Below are positions 23,284 to 35,800 of a DNA stretch of 64,000 nucleotides, piece by piece. The notes beneath the pieces were generated by a model. That model was not told the DNA's origin. It did not search any database and worked only from the letters and a program-made list of their open reading frames with translations. Position 1 is the stretch's first letter, and each line of letters begins with the position of its first letter. Origin of the DNA: Perkinsela sp. CCAP 1560/9 (Eukaryota > Protista > Euglenozoa: Kinetoplastea); assembly GCA_965644495.1 (NCBI GenBank), contig CBFFSA010000041.1:1-64000 (forward strand). The letters run 5' to 3'. The position numbers were made by a program, and so were the translations under genes.

Positions 23284-23628
23284 TTTAGAATTCAGGAGCG
23301 ATGTCTGACCCAGATGGAGCGATAACTCTAGAGCGCCCAAAACTCCCTTTCAGCTCGGGCTGTCGATCCACCAGGTTCAATTTCTCCTTACGCTTTTTAA
23401 GACTGAGAGGATAAAAATGGAGGCTCTCCAAGAAGACGTGCAGAGCGGCAGTATTAGGGAAGTTGGAAAGAAGTGTGAAGGTGAGTAGTCAAAGGCTGCG
23501 AGTTGCAGCAAACAGATCGTGCGTCCTTCTAATGTTGAAGGCTTGAAAGTAGTAGTGCTTGATATGCTTTTTTTTGTTTACTAAAAGTTTACGAAAAGAA
23601 TTGTACAATGGAAATTTTGATTTCTGAG

Positions 23629-23662
<34 letters not shown>

Positions 23663-23665
<3 letters not shown>

Positions 23666-23699
23666 TTAACGATAAAGATACAGTTTCTGTACCTTGTTG
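23663..23699 (+). other. Spliced-leader (mini-exon)-like sequence at the 5' end of B copy 1
   Basis: ACTTTAACGATAAAGATACAGTTTCTGTACCTTGTTG; carries the CAGTTTCTGTAC..TTG 3' half typical of kinetoplastid/diplonemid SL exons. Confidence 0.85.
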
Positions 23700-23735
23700 A
23701 ATTATTTTTCTTTCCCTATTTCTTTTATCCGGACA

Positions 23736-26700
23736 ATGAGGGAGGCTGATTCATGCGGCTCGACGACGATACGAGAAGATGACCTTTTTGCCCAAGAGGA
23801 GAAAACACACACGCCAGGCTCCTGGGACCAGTTTGAGGGTAATCAGCATCTTATCGCTGCAACTAGTACATACGATGAATCCCTCTACACGACGCCCATA
23901 CCAGAAAATATTACACCAGCCTGGCAAGACAAAATGGAAACGGCACTACAATCTTTGCACCGAGAGAAGCAGACACCTGACACGGGGATGATTTTATCGG
24001 CAGACGAAGAGAGAAATCATTCCAGCGTATCAAGAGACTGTGCCCCCAATACGTCTGGCAAAGGTCAAGAAGTAACAAGCCAAACCCCAGAGCGGTACGA
24101 ACCACATTCCATGGCCACAGCGAGGCTTCTCCCACGAAAAAGCCCTCTTTCTAGCCAAAAGTCGACGCCCAAAATTTTCGAGAGAGGGGTTAGTAAAGAT
24201 TCCAAGACTCGCCAACCAGCTAGACGAGACACAATGAGACGTCGCACCTGTCCAGTCGAAGTGTGCAACTGGAGCACCGCATCACACGGAGGGAAGTGGC
24301 AGGCCTACTACCATCACGTCGCAAGCCAACATAGCGATACTGTGCCTTCGGAATGGTGGGAAAAAGAAGGACGTTTCTTATGCCCCTCATGCGGCAAGCA
24401 CTATGATCACAATAAAAAAGCTTCCCATGAGGAAAAATGTCAAGACTCCTTGGGCTCTTACACCTCGTCGCTAACCTGTGAGCCAGAAACCGAAGAGGCT
24501 TCCATTTCCCAAATTTACAAGGATTCGCTCCCGTCTCTTGATTGTGTCTGCTCTTACGCCATCAACACATGCAAAGATGTACCATTCCGATGCAGACAAC
24601 AGTGGGCCTCCGTTTTGACTCAAACAATGGCTGCAGTGGTTAGAGAGAACTCGGTTGAGGCCTGGACACGCTTAGCGATGCTCCCAAAATGTGTCCTGCC
24701 CGCGCCCAAAAGAGGGGGACGAAAAGGAAATTCGTCCTATACCACGAAAACGAGCCAACGCATGGATCGCTGGGAATCCAGGGAATACGCGGCACTGTGG
24801 AACGAATCTGTTGCGCAAATGGTAAAGAAGCGGGAGAGGAGCGATGATGAGGAAGTGGACGAGTCCGGCAAGGCGGCGAAACGAGCCGAGTTGCTGGCCA
24901 GACAAGGGGAGTTTTCCCGTGCGATGGCAGCCCTTACAGCAGCACCGATGGCACCTGAATCCGAAGAAACTTACGAAAAACTCCAATCGAAGCACCCAGG
25001 TAGATTGCCTTTATCATCTTCCGTCACATTCCGACCCATAGAAGGAGAGCCTTTACATCTATCCGAAGGCGAAGTTGAAAAGGCACTACGCAGTTTCCGG
25101 CGCGGAACATCGGCTGGCACCATGGGCCTCCGCCCTGAGCATCTCCAGAGCGCCTTAGCAGCACACCCTGATGACAAGGTACAGCCGCTTTTCTATCTCA
25201 AGGAAGTCATGAACCTCTTGCTGTCCGGGAAAGGTTGTCTCCAAGTCCAGAAGTTCTTCGGCGGCGCCAGACTATGTGCCTTAGAAAAAGGAGAAAATGA
25301 TGTCCGTCCTATTGCTGCCGGCGAAACAATAAGGCGACTTGTGAGCAAAGCGGCCTGCTCCGCAGTAAAGGAAAAGGCAAGCAAACTACTCTGGCCTCAT
25401 CAATACGGAGTCGCAACACCTGCAGGGGCCGAACGCCTGATCCACCTGTGTAGGCACGTGATGGCCTCTCAGGCGGGAAGTTCTGATTTCACGCTATGTA
25501 AAGTGGATCTGCGAAATGCCTTTAACAACATCTCAAGAACTGCCTTTGCTGCACTTACGAGGGAGCACTTCCCGGAGCTCTCCCCGTGGGTTGAATGGTG
25601 TTACACCACCGAGAGTATTCTCACTTACGGTTTCCGTCAGATTTCTTCAAAGGAGGGTGTGCAACAAGGGGATCCGTTGGGTCCTTTACTTTTTTCCCTC
25701 GTCATGCAAATGGTTACTACCGAGATAGATCGACAACTTCCTGGTCTTCTTAAGCTTAATCTGTGGTATTTGGATGACGGCATTCTCGGGGGGAAGGCTC
25801 AAGACGTCAGACGAGCTTTAGACATCATCGAACGAGTCGGCCCACAGTGGGGCATCTTCCTAAACGCCAACAAGTGCGAGGCGATCACACATCCTGAATC
25901 CGCCGAACACCTGGACAGCTTCGGCAACATCCCGACGACTAAAAAGACAAGCGAGGGAAATTTTTCAATTTTAGGTAGCCCTGTAGGAACGACTGATTTC
26001 TGCACAGAATTTCTCCGTGAACACACCCTGTTGCCTGCTGAAGAATCCCTAGCCGCGATCGAATACATGGAAGACCCGCAAGTTTCCCTCGCACTCATCC
26101 GACAATGTGCTGGTTTCAGCCAAATGGCATATTCTCTTAGAACCACACCCACCAATTCCGTCCATGAGCTATGCGAAGAACTTGACACAGCAATACTACA
26201 TACCACGGAACGCTCTATATGTCCTTTAAATGAAGATGCTGCCGCACAAGTACAACGTCCAAAATCTTACGGTGGATTCGGGCTGCGCTCTTCAGCGATG
26301 CATGCCTCATCGGCGTACGTTTCCTCAGTCTCTTTCGCAGCGGATAAGGACAACTGGAACTCCCTCGACGCAAAAGATTTTGCTGATGCAGTACTGGACG
26401 TCAATTCACGAGCGGGCACCAGCGTCCTGGAAGAGAAAACCGGTCTAATTTCCCCTCAGCACGCTTCCTCTCTCTCTCACCTCAAAAAAGTACTGGGTCT
26501 CCGTGGATCAAAACGACCTCTCCCGGCGAATCTTCCCGTAGCACCACCCGGAGACACGACGACCCCTTACTTTGAACAAACGAAACTCGACCACGAGTTT
26601 TCATCTTCCAACGACCGAGTCGCACGCCAAAAGGTGCTCAGCCGTGCAATTTCTTCCCGCGAGTACACCGATGCATATCAGAAAGCTGATCCTCAAACGA

Positions 26701-27575
26701 GGGCACGTTGGATATCTCAATCTGGAAAAGGGGCAGGTGACTGGCTGTTTGTCACGCCCTCCAGGGAAAAGGGGCACGCCTTTACTAAAACGGAGTTCCG
26801 CACCCTGTGCACCTGGTGGCTAGGACAAAAAGTATATCCAGAAACACACCCCTGTCCCGTCTCAGGCTGCACGCTTCCGATGGGACCACAAGGAGACCAC
26901 GCATTGGTCTGTAAACACGACTACGGGATCTCTGCGAGGCATAATGCCTTGGCCCTCCAGTTCTTTGACGTTTGTCAAAAGGCCAATTTGTCTCCGAAAA
27001 GGGAGCACAGCCTCGGCAACAGAGGTCCAGGGGGGGCACTCACAAGACCAGGGGATGTGTTCCTTCCGAGCTACACGCTCGGTAAAGGCCTTGTCTTTGA
27101 TTTTGCGGTGACCCACGTCCAGCAACAGAAATATACGGACCTGGTCCGTTCTGCTGGCATGGTAGCTGCAGGGGCCTTCGCAGAGAAATATGCAACGAAC
27201 CACAAGCGTGGACAAAGGCAAGAGGCTATAGAGGCCGGGCATGATTTCACCGCCATGGTAGTGGAATCGTACGGATCATGGAGTCCGACGTCCCTCCATA
27301 TGCTGAAGAAGATCGCGGGAAAAAGAGCCGCAACATGTAAGGGTGATATGTCCGAGCAAGCGTCAATGTTTTTTCTTCTCCAGGACATGAACGTTACGCT
27401 CATGCGGTCTCAGGCACGAATGCTTGTAAGACGCATGGCAGACGTGTATATCCATGCCAGTCTCGCTTTACTGCACGAGGCACCCTCTGACACCACACCA
27501 AATCGTGCCAGCTGCGGACCGGCAGGAGCGATCGAGCCTACAGTGCCTATTCTCACGCCTCGCCTTCGTGAGTGA
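23736..27575 (+). CDS. B polyprotein: LsmAD-like, zinc fingers, RT, CCHC, RLE
   Basis: First ATG after the SL; GSWDQF..STYDESLYTT; CPVEVC..HH..H; WYLDDG; GDHALVCK..RHN; RPGD..FDFAVTH. Confidence 0.92.
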   Translation: MREADSCGSTTIREDDLFAQEEKTHTPGSWDQFEGNQHLIAATSTYDESLYTTPIPENITPAWQDKMETALQSLHREKQTPDTGMILSADEERNHSSVSRDCAPNTSGKGQEVTSQTPERYEPHSMATARLLPRKSPLSSQKSTPKIFERGVSKDSKTRQPARRDTMRRRTCPVEVCNWSTASHGGKWQAYYHHVASQHSDTVPSEWWEKEGRFLCPSCGKHYDHNKKASHEEKCQDSLGSYTSSLTCEPETEEASISQIYKDSLPSLDCVCSYAINTCKDVPFRCRQQWASVLTQTMAAVVRENSVEAWTRLAMLPKCVLPAPKRGGRKGNSSYTTKTSQRMDRWESREYAALWNESVAQMVKKRERSDDEEVDESGKAAKRAELLARQGEFSRAMAALTAAPMAPESEETYEKLQSKHPGRLPLSSSVTFRPIEGEPLHLSEGEVEKALRSFRRGTSAGTMGLRPEHLQSALAAHPDDKVQPLFYLKEVMNLLLSGKGCLQVQKFFGGARLCALEKGENDVRPIAAGETIRRLVSKAACSAVKEKASKLLWPHQYGVATPAGAERLIHLCRHVMASQAGSSDFTLCKVDLRNAFNNISRTAFAALTREHFPELSPWVEWCYTTESILTYGFRQISSKEGVQQGDPLGPLLFSLVMQMVTTEIDRQLPGLLKLNLWYLDDGILGGKAQDVRRALDIIERVGPQWGIFLNANKCEAITHPESAEHLDSFGNIPTTKKTSEGNFSILGSPVGTTDFCTEFLREHTLLPAEESLAAIEYMEDPQVSLALIRQCAGFSQMAYSLRTTPTNSVHELCEELDTAILHTTERSICPLNEDAAAQVQRPKSYGGFGLRSSAMHASSAYVSSVSFAADKDNWNSLDAKDFADAVLDVNSRAGTSVLEEKTGLISPQHASSLSHLKKVLGLRGSKRPLPANLPVAPPGDTTTPYFEQTKLDHEFSSSNDRVARQKVLSRAISSREYTDAYQKADPQTRARWISQSGKGAGDWLFVTPSREKGHAFTKTEFRTLCTWWLGQKVYPETHPCPVSGCTLPMGPQGDHALVCKHDYGISARHNALALQFFDVCQKANLSPKREHSLGNRGPGGALTRPGDVFLPSYTLGKGLVFDFAVTHVQQQKYTDLVRSAGMVAAGAFAEKYATNHKRGQRQEAIEAGHDFTAMVVESYGSWSPTSLHMLKKIAGKRAATCKGDMSEQASMFFLLQDMNVTLMRSQARMLVRRMADVYIHASLALLHEAPSDTTPNRASCGPAGAIEPTVPILTPRLRE

Positions 27576-28028
27576 GGTACCCCAAGGTGAGATAGGTAGG
27601 GATTCGGACTGACAGTCCTATTTCAGCACGAAGACGCCATGGTATCCAGGACGGGTGCTGGTCGGGTCGACAGAGTCTATGCTCACGCCTAGCCCGCGAG
27701 GGCTAGGTACCCCAAGTGAGGTAGTACACGGGTAGTGAATCTCCTCCCCGTCGGCCAGCATCCTGTTTCGCGACCGTGTCGCTGTCGACACAGGCCCGCG
27801 CCTGCGCCCTCCCGTATAGCAAGGGAAGGGTTCACAAGTCAGGCCGTGGAGTGGTCGAAAGACCCGGTCCGGAACGCGCGAATGGATTGGGCCTGGATTG
27901 CTTGTTTTTATTTTTACTGTTTCTTGTTTGTCGTATATACTTAGGGGAGATTGAATTGCTAGTTTTGGGCTTAGAAAAAAGAAAAAGAAAATATACTTCT
28001 GTGGAAATAAAAAAAAAAAAAAAAAAAA

Positions 28029-28699
28029 GACGGCTGCACGCAAACTCAAGAATATAGTATATAAGTTCTAAACACAATATCACTATAAGCTGAGTCAGCT
28101 TATAAAATTATATAGATTTCATTTTCGGGATAGTTTCTCTTTGAAAATTGAGAGAAGGGGGGAAGGTAAAAAAAAAAAAAAAAAAAAAAAAGCTCCTCAA
28201 GGGCTAGGTACTCCAAGTGAGGTAGGACATGGGTCGGGAACTAAAACTTCCTCCCCGTCGGCCAGCACCCTGTTTCGCGACCGTGCCGCTGTCGGCACAA
28301 GCCCGCGCCTGCGCCCTCCCATATAACAAGGGAAGGGTTCACAAGTCAGGCCGAGGAGTGGTCGAAAGACCCGGTCCGGAACGCGCGAATGAATTGGGCA
28401 TAAATTGCTTCTTTTTATTATTATTGTTATCAAAATCATAAATAACTTAAGGCAGGTTGAATTACTAGTTTTGGGATACAACATGTGAAATTGCTAATTT
28501 GATTGCTTGTTTAATAAAAATAAAAAAAAAAAAAGATTAAAAGTTTACGGATTGAAATTCAGGAGGGATTATATTTGAATAGGGTTTGTTAATAATTATG
28601 TACGTGTATGAACTGTATGCATTTTCGCGTGAAATTGATTTTATTCTTATGTGACAGTAAAAATATACTTCAAAAAAAAAAAAAAAAAAAAAAAAAAAA
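28029..28699 (+). other. Three consecutive short poly(A)-terminated cassettes (28029-28191; 28192-28534 = 5'-truncated 3' UTR module; 28535-28699)
   Basis: A-tracts at 28168-28191, 28522-28534 and 28672-28699. Confidence 0.75.
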
Positions 28700-31600
28700 G
28701 TGAATCTCACTTTTTACACCCACATCAAAGATCTCCGATGAAGCTCGGACGCTCAAATCCGCAGTGAAGGATGCTCTTTCCCACCAAGGTCGAAACACTT
28801 CCCCATCGAAAGGAGTGACCAAAGCGGACTCGCGCTCGTCAAGGCGAACACCGGAGCCCCGGACATATTTCTCTTCACCGCGACACGCCGCAAACCAAAA
28901 TAACTTCGCTGAAAAGACACAAACAAGAGAAGAGACTCGGGAATGTCCGGCCATGGGATGCACTTGGAGAAGTCTGCCGCACGGAGGGTCTTGGCAAGCG
29001 TTTTATAACCACGTCGCGTGTCGCCACGGAAACGGAGTTCCCGCTACCTGGTGGGATGCAGAAGGCCGATTTCTTTGCAACTTATGCGGGCGCCATTATG
29101 ACATCAACAAAAGGGAAGCTCATCCACAAGCCTGCAAAGGGAACGTTGCGAACCCCCAAATCCCATCGCGCGCAGCACACTCGAGCGACCCAAGCCACCT
29201 TCCGGGGACTCAAACTCATCACTCTGAACTTCCCTCGCTATCCTCTATCTGCACGCTGCGCCTGAACACTTGCAAGGACGTGCCTCCACGTTGCCGTCAA
29301 CTGTGGGGAGAAATTATCACCAAAGCAGCCCAAAACGCAGTCACCGAAAACTCTACAGCCGCGTGGACCCTATTCGCCATGCTCCCCAAGTGCTTACTAC
29401 CCGCCCCACACCGAGGAGGACGTAAGAACCACACAACTTACGCATCATACGTCCAGAAGTGCATGAACCGATGGCTCGCGCAAGATTATGTCTCCCTATG
29501 GAATGAAGCAGTAGACAACGCACTCAAGAAACAATCTGTAGCCCCTACAACCGTTCACGACGAAGAGGAAAAGGCAGCTATCCGAGCAGAGCTTCTAGCT
29601 CGACAAGGCGAGTACTCTAGGGGTATGGCTGCACTCACGGCGGATGCTATGGCGCCTGACGACGAAGACACACTCCTCAAACTTCAGAGCAAGCACCCGC
29701 CCCGACATCCAGACAGTGACATCATCGACTATACGCCTCCGCCCACAGCGCCCCTAATAATGGATGAACCCGTGGTAGCGAAAACTATCAAGAGCTTTCA
29801 CCGGGGTTCCTCGTCCGGAACCATGGGTTTACGACCCGAGCACTTGCAAGCTGTACTCCTGGCGCACGTAGATAACACCGTGAAACCCCTTACTGCCCTT
29901 AAAAACCTCGTTAATCATCTACTAGCCGGGAAAGCACCCCTAGAGGTACAACCATATTTTGCGGGAGCCAGACTTTGCGCGCTTGAAAAGGGCGAAAATG
30001 ACGTCCGCCCCATAGCAGCGGGAGAAACGATACGTCGATTGGTAAGCAAAGCGGCTTGCAATGCAGTGAGGAGCAAAGCCAGGGAATTTTTTAAGGGACT
30101 ACAGTTCGGCGTCGCGACACCGGCCGGTTCGGAACGAATAATTCACACTTGCCGGCACGCAATGACAAATCATACGGACAACCCCGACATGGTATTATGT
30201 AAAGTCGACCTAAGCAACGCATTCAACAACGTTAGCAGAGCAACTTTCTTGAAACTTGTAGGCGATCATTTTCCGGAATTGTTCCCCTGGGCTAGCTGGT
30301 GCTATACGACAACTAGTGCTTTGACCTATCGTGACCACACACTCCTTTCGGATGAAGGCGTCCAACAGGGCGATCCCCTGGGACCACTTTTCTTTTCACT
30401 GGTCTCCTTGGAACTTGCAAAAGAAATCTATCACCAGGCCGACCTGGACTTGCAGCTATGGTACCTAGACGACGGGATTCTCATTGGCAGGGCAGAAGAC
30501 GTCAGGAACTCGTTGGATACAATCGCCAGAGTAGGTCCGCGATGGGGCCTATATCTGAACATGTCCAAGTGCGAAATAATCACCCCCCCTGCCTCGGCTA
30601 ACGTTGTAACCATATTTCCGGACATACCCGACGCCAAAATAAACGTGTGCGGTAACTTTAGTGTCCTAGGAAGCCCAATTGGGTCCCCTGAGTACTGTAC
30701 TGAATATCTGCTGACACACGCGGTTGAGCCCGCTGAAATGGCCCTTGATGCCATAACCAGAATCCGGGACCCCCAGGTAGCCATGGCGCTAATTCGACAA
30801 TGTGCTGGATTCTGCAAATTGGTACATGCTCTACGAACGACGCCCCCGCAATCAGTTATGAACCTCTGCAAGCGGCTCGACGACTTCCTAATGCACGCGG
30901 TCGAATCCACTCTATGTCCTTTGCCTCCCTCCGCACGCGCCCAAATTCAGCGCTTGAAAAGACACGGAGGTTTCGGTTTAAAATCGGCGACCGTGCACGC
31001 ATCCTCCGCTTACGCCTCCTCTGTAGTTTTCGCGGCGGCCACGGACTCATGGGATGCTTCAGAAGTGGAGGGCTTTCTACAATCGATTGAAGACGTGAAT
31101 TCGAAAGTTGGTATCAGTCTACTCGACTCAAACGGACTCGTGCGTTCCATCCCGCGCCATAAATGTGAAGAACTCTCCCCCAAAGCTCGCTTCACCAAGA
31201 GATCTCGCGAGGGAGAAACCAGACATCCCTTTGAACCCGCAAATCCGCCTTCCCTTCCTCGTGACCGCGCATTGCCTCATTCCGAAGACTTTCCACACGA
31301 TACAAACCCCCTTTACGCATCCGAAGATTGCGTTGACGCGCAGCCACCCGACTGGGCAAGTAATAGCGTCCCCCGCCAAAAAGACATAAGTTACGCGATC
31401 TCTGCCACAGAGTTCTCGCACGCATATGAAAACGCCGACGCCCGGACTCGCGCACGCTGGGCTTCTCAGTGTGGTAAAGGAGCAAGCAGTTGGGCGTTCG
31501 TAACTCCTTCCAGAGACACGGGCCACGCCTTTAACCCCACAGAATTCCGCATCCTATCCCGCTGGTGGTTAGGTGTGCCCGTGTACGGGGAAGAAGGTAC

Positions 31601-32788
31601 ATGTCCCAAGGGGAACTGCACACTCCCATTGGACATACACGGCGATCACGCTCTCACATGCAAGCACGGGGACGGTATCATCGGCCGTCACAACGCCTTG
31701 GCCGATCACTTTGCCGATACTTGCAGTAACGCACGCCTAGCTCCCCAACGGGAAAAAAGCCTCGGGAACCGGGGCCCCGGAGGCGCTCTGACTAGACCCG
31801 GGGACGTCTTCCTTCCGAGTCTCTTCCTCGGGAAACCTATCGTGCTTGACTTCGCGGTCACTCACGCCCAGCAATCTAAATACACGGACACAGTCCGAAA
31901 TGCTAGCTGGGTGGCCGCGGGGTCCTTCGCAGAGCATTATGCCTCAGAGCAGAAAGTCCGGCAACGCCGTGAATCTGAAGATGCCGGAAGCGATTTCACA
32001 GCTATGGTGGTCGAGAGCTATGGCTCTTGGAGTGCCAGTGCTTTAGCCGTTCTCCGGAAGGTTGGAGAACGAAGGGCAAAAGCGTCCAACGGTATCTTGA
32101 CAGACGAGGCCTCTACGCTCCGTCTCGTGACCGACATGAACGTAACATTGATGCGTTGCCAGGCGCGCATGATGATTACGCGCCTGCCGGCTGTGGACCC
32201 CTTGCCCCCTTTAATCGAGCAATAGCACGATGACGGATGTGCAAGATGGGCCGCTCAGCCGGAACCCGAACAGCTGGTCCGGATGCTGGTCGATGCCGGC
32301 AGGGTCTATGCTCACGCCTAGTCCGCCAGGGCTAGGTACTCCAAGTGAGGTAGGACATGGGTAGGGAACTTTGTTCCTCCCCGTCGGCCAGCATCATGCT
32401 CCGCGACCGTGCCGCTGTCGGCACAGGCCCATTGCTTGCGCCCTCTCGTACAACAAGAGAAGGGTTACCAAGGCAAGCTGGGAGAGGTCGAAAGACCCGG
32501 TCCGGAACGCGCGAATGGTTCGGGGAAAGTCTGCCCCTCCTAGCCGAGGGAGACCTTACCCTCCCTGGAAAGCTGGTAAGATTGGTAAGGGGAAGTGGGT
32601 AATATGGGAAAGCATGTATTTGCTAGTTATATATTTTGCTCGTTTTCAAAATGGGGGGAAGTGAGGGAAAGAAGTTGAGCAAGTGGGAAAGTAAGTGAGA
32701 AAGTCATACCGTACATACATATATAAAGTTAGAACTCGTACTCTTCCCCCCCTATTATCTGCAAAAAAAAAAAAAAAAAAAAAAAAAA
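28700..32788 (+). mobile_element. Family C RLE element, 5'-truncated (no SL or LsmAD); open frame 28704-32225; poly(A) 32763-32788
   Basis: Frame starts mid-linker (AVKDALSHQGR ~ A ALKDAISRQQR); complete finger-RT-RLE region. Confidence 0.9.
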
Positions 32789-32791
32789 GAT

Positions 32792-32828
32792 ACTTTAACG
32801 ATAAAGATACAGTTTCTGTACCTTGTTG
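32792..32828 (+). other. SL-like sequence at the 5' end of D (preceded by extra GAT)
   Basis: Same 37-mer as at 23663. Confidence 0.85.
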
Positions 32829-32873
32829 AATTATTTTTATTAATTTGTTCTTTGTTACCCGGGTCGCGATCCC

Positions 32874-35800
32874 ATGCCCACATCCGTTGAAGAGCAAAAT
32901 CCGACCTTCGAGGAGGAGGCGTCGTCTCACACACTTGGGTCCTGGGATCAATTTGCGGCAAACAAATCTTTAGCGAAGGGACCTAGCACGTACGATGAGC
33001 TAATCTACACCACAGCCCTCCCTAATGATATTCCTCAGGACTGGGAAAAGAGAACGGACGAAATCCTTCGAAGTATGAAGACGGCAACGCAGGACTCAAC
33101 GCCAGATTTGGGGCATGCGAATGAACTATCAAGTGAAAGAACCGAGGAAGAGATACACTGCAGTGTGCGTCGGGACGATGAACCTTCCCCTTTCCATTTC
33201 GAGGGAACGCACTCAAATTCACCCAGCCAATTACAAACTTCAAACAGGGCTGTGAAGGAGAGATGCCTGCGTCGAACAAGGGGAATGGAAGGTGCCGTTG
33301 ACACAGAGAACGCGATGATGTTTCCAGACCTCACGCCTACTGAACTTGACTTCACAATCACAACAAAACGCAAAGGTAGGAGAAAGAAGAAACGAATAAA
33401 ACGAACGGCAACGACGTGTACTGACGGTACCAACTCTTCAAGCCCCGAGGGTGACGAGCACGAAGACAGCGTGACACCTGAGCCCACTCAAAACGGTAAA
33501 CAAAAGCGCCGCCGAGACATAGCGAAAAGCTTCTCGAATTATTTTCCTACGACAGGTCACCGGACAGACAAAACACCAAGCGGCAAATCCCAACTTCCTC
33601 CGTCTGTAGCCGCATTCCGCAGCACGCCTCAGGACTCTTTGAAAACTTGCCCAGTTAAAGGGTGCGTGTGGAAAACACTCGCTCATGGCGGCAGGTGGCA
33701 AGCTTACTACAACCACGTAGCTACAAGACACGCGAATGAAGTGCCCGAATCCTGGTGGACGAACGAAGGGCGCTTTCTCTGCCAGAAATGCGGGCGACAT
33801 TACGAAGAAGGCAAACGAGCAACACACGACAACGCTTGCAAAGGAACCTCGACTGACTCTGTAGCCAATCCCGCGAATAACTTGACGCAGAGTTCATTGG
33901 ACCACGGTTCGCGCAGCACCGATGTCTCACAGAGTGTCCAACCTCTTCCTTTACCATCGCTTTCTGATATTTGCATGACTCCTATCAACACTTCTAGGGA
34001 TGTTCCATTCCGATGCCGCTACCAATGGGCGAAAACGCTCACCGATGTATTATCCTCCGTAGCCAGCGAGAACTCCGTAGCGGCATGGACCCGTCTCGGC
34101 ATGCTGCCTAAATGCGTTCTACCGGCCCCGAACCGCGGGGGGCGCAAAGGTCGTCTTTCTTATGCCTCACATGTGACAAAAAGCCTAGAAAGGTGGGGAA
34201 AAGGGGAATTTACCGCTCTGTGGATTGAAGCGACCAAAAACAACACGAAGTCGTCGCACCCATCAACCAAAGACCAAGATCAAGACCAGGAGCTTGCGCA
34301 AGAAGTAAGAAGGGCAAAAGAACGATGCGAAAAACTTGTACGCCAGGGTGAAGTCTCTCGTGGAATGAGTGCACTAACGGCGGCACCCTTTGCACCTGAC
34401 AACGACGAAACGTACTGCAAGTTGATGGCAAAGCATCCCACTCGTGCGCAGGACTGCATGCTTCAAGATCTCCCGTACCCTAACGCACCTCCCTTGAAAG
34501 TAAACGAAGAAGAAGTTAAGCACGCTTTGGGCAGCTTTCGCAAGGGATCATCTGGCGGAACGATGTCGCTGAGAGCTGAGCACCTTCAGATAGCACTACG
34601 TGCCCACGTGGACGAGAAAGTACACCCTCTCACCGCTCTTACAGACGTAGTCAATGTGCTTCTTTCTGGAAAAGCTCCATTCGAGATTCAGGAACGTTTC
34701 GCTGGGGCCAGATTGTGTGCACTTCAGAAAGGAGAATGTGACGTCCGACCTATAGCCGCAGGCGAGACAATCCGTCGTTTGGTTGGTAAAGTGGCATGTC
34801 TAACAGCCAAGAAAAAAGCTAGTCGCTTGTTTAAAGGAATACAGTATGGGGTTGCCACGCCAGCCGGATCGGAGAGGGTGATCCACCTCTGCCGACAGAC
34901 TATGTCCCGCCATGCCGATGACACGAACTTTGTGCTATGTAAGGTGGACCTAGCGAACGCGTTCAATAGAGTATCCAGATCTGCGTTCATCGCCTTACTT
35001 CGCAAACATTTTCCAGAATTGTCAGCATGGGTGGAGTGGACCTACTCCACGGATAGTCTCCTAACTTACGGTTCCAGAACTCTTCCATCATCCGAGGGGG
35101 TTCAACAAGGGGACCCCCTAGGGCCTCTCCTTTTTTCCCTCGTAATGCTCGAAGCCGCGAAAATGATCAAAGAAGCACTCCCAGGCAGTCTCCAGCTTCA
35201 CCTCTGGTACCTCGACGACGGGGTAATAGCCGGTAAGGCCGAAGACGTCAGTTTCGCTTTAGAGACTCTTTCTCGAGTTGGTCCTAAGTGGGGTCTTCAC
35301 ATCAATACCTCTAAATGCGAAATAATAACGAACCCTGCCTCGGCACACCAAACTGCTCTTTTTTCCGATATTCCGGAACCCAAGATAAACCGCGAAGGAA
35401 ATTTTGACATTCTTGGGAGCCCCATAGGCTCTGCTCAACATTGCATAGATTTCCTTACGACACACGCCGTGGAACCGGCAGAAGAGACCCTGGAAGCTAT
35501 AGAAATGCTCGAAGATCCTCAAATTGCCTTGTCATTGATCAGACAGTGTGCGGGTTTTTGTCAAATGGTCCATTCGCTTCGAACTACCCCACCACATGAG
35601 CTTTCTGCACTCTGTCAGCGCCTTGATGAAGCAGTCCTCCATGCGTATGAATGGAATATATGCCCGCTTAGCTCCTCAGCTCGATCACAAGTTCAACGCC
35701 CGAAACGGTATGGAGGTTTTGGTCTCCGATCTGCATCTGCGCACCGCTCAGCGGCGTACGTGTCTTCAGTTGCTTTTGCTGCAGAGACGGATCGTTGGCT

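Larger units (their letters stand above)
23663..28028 (+). mobile_element. Family B RLE element copy 1, full length (SL to poly(A) 28009-28028)
   Basis: SL, T-rich leader, intact ORF, structured UTR, poly(A). Confidence 0.92.

Noticed and set aside
23663-23760. Functional SL RNA gene
   Set aside because: The exon is followed by AATT rather than a GT donor and intron, and is preceded by poly(A) rather than a promoter.
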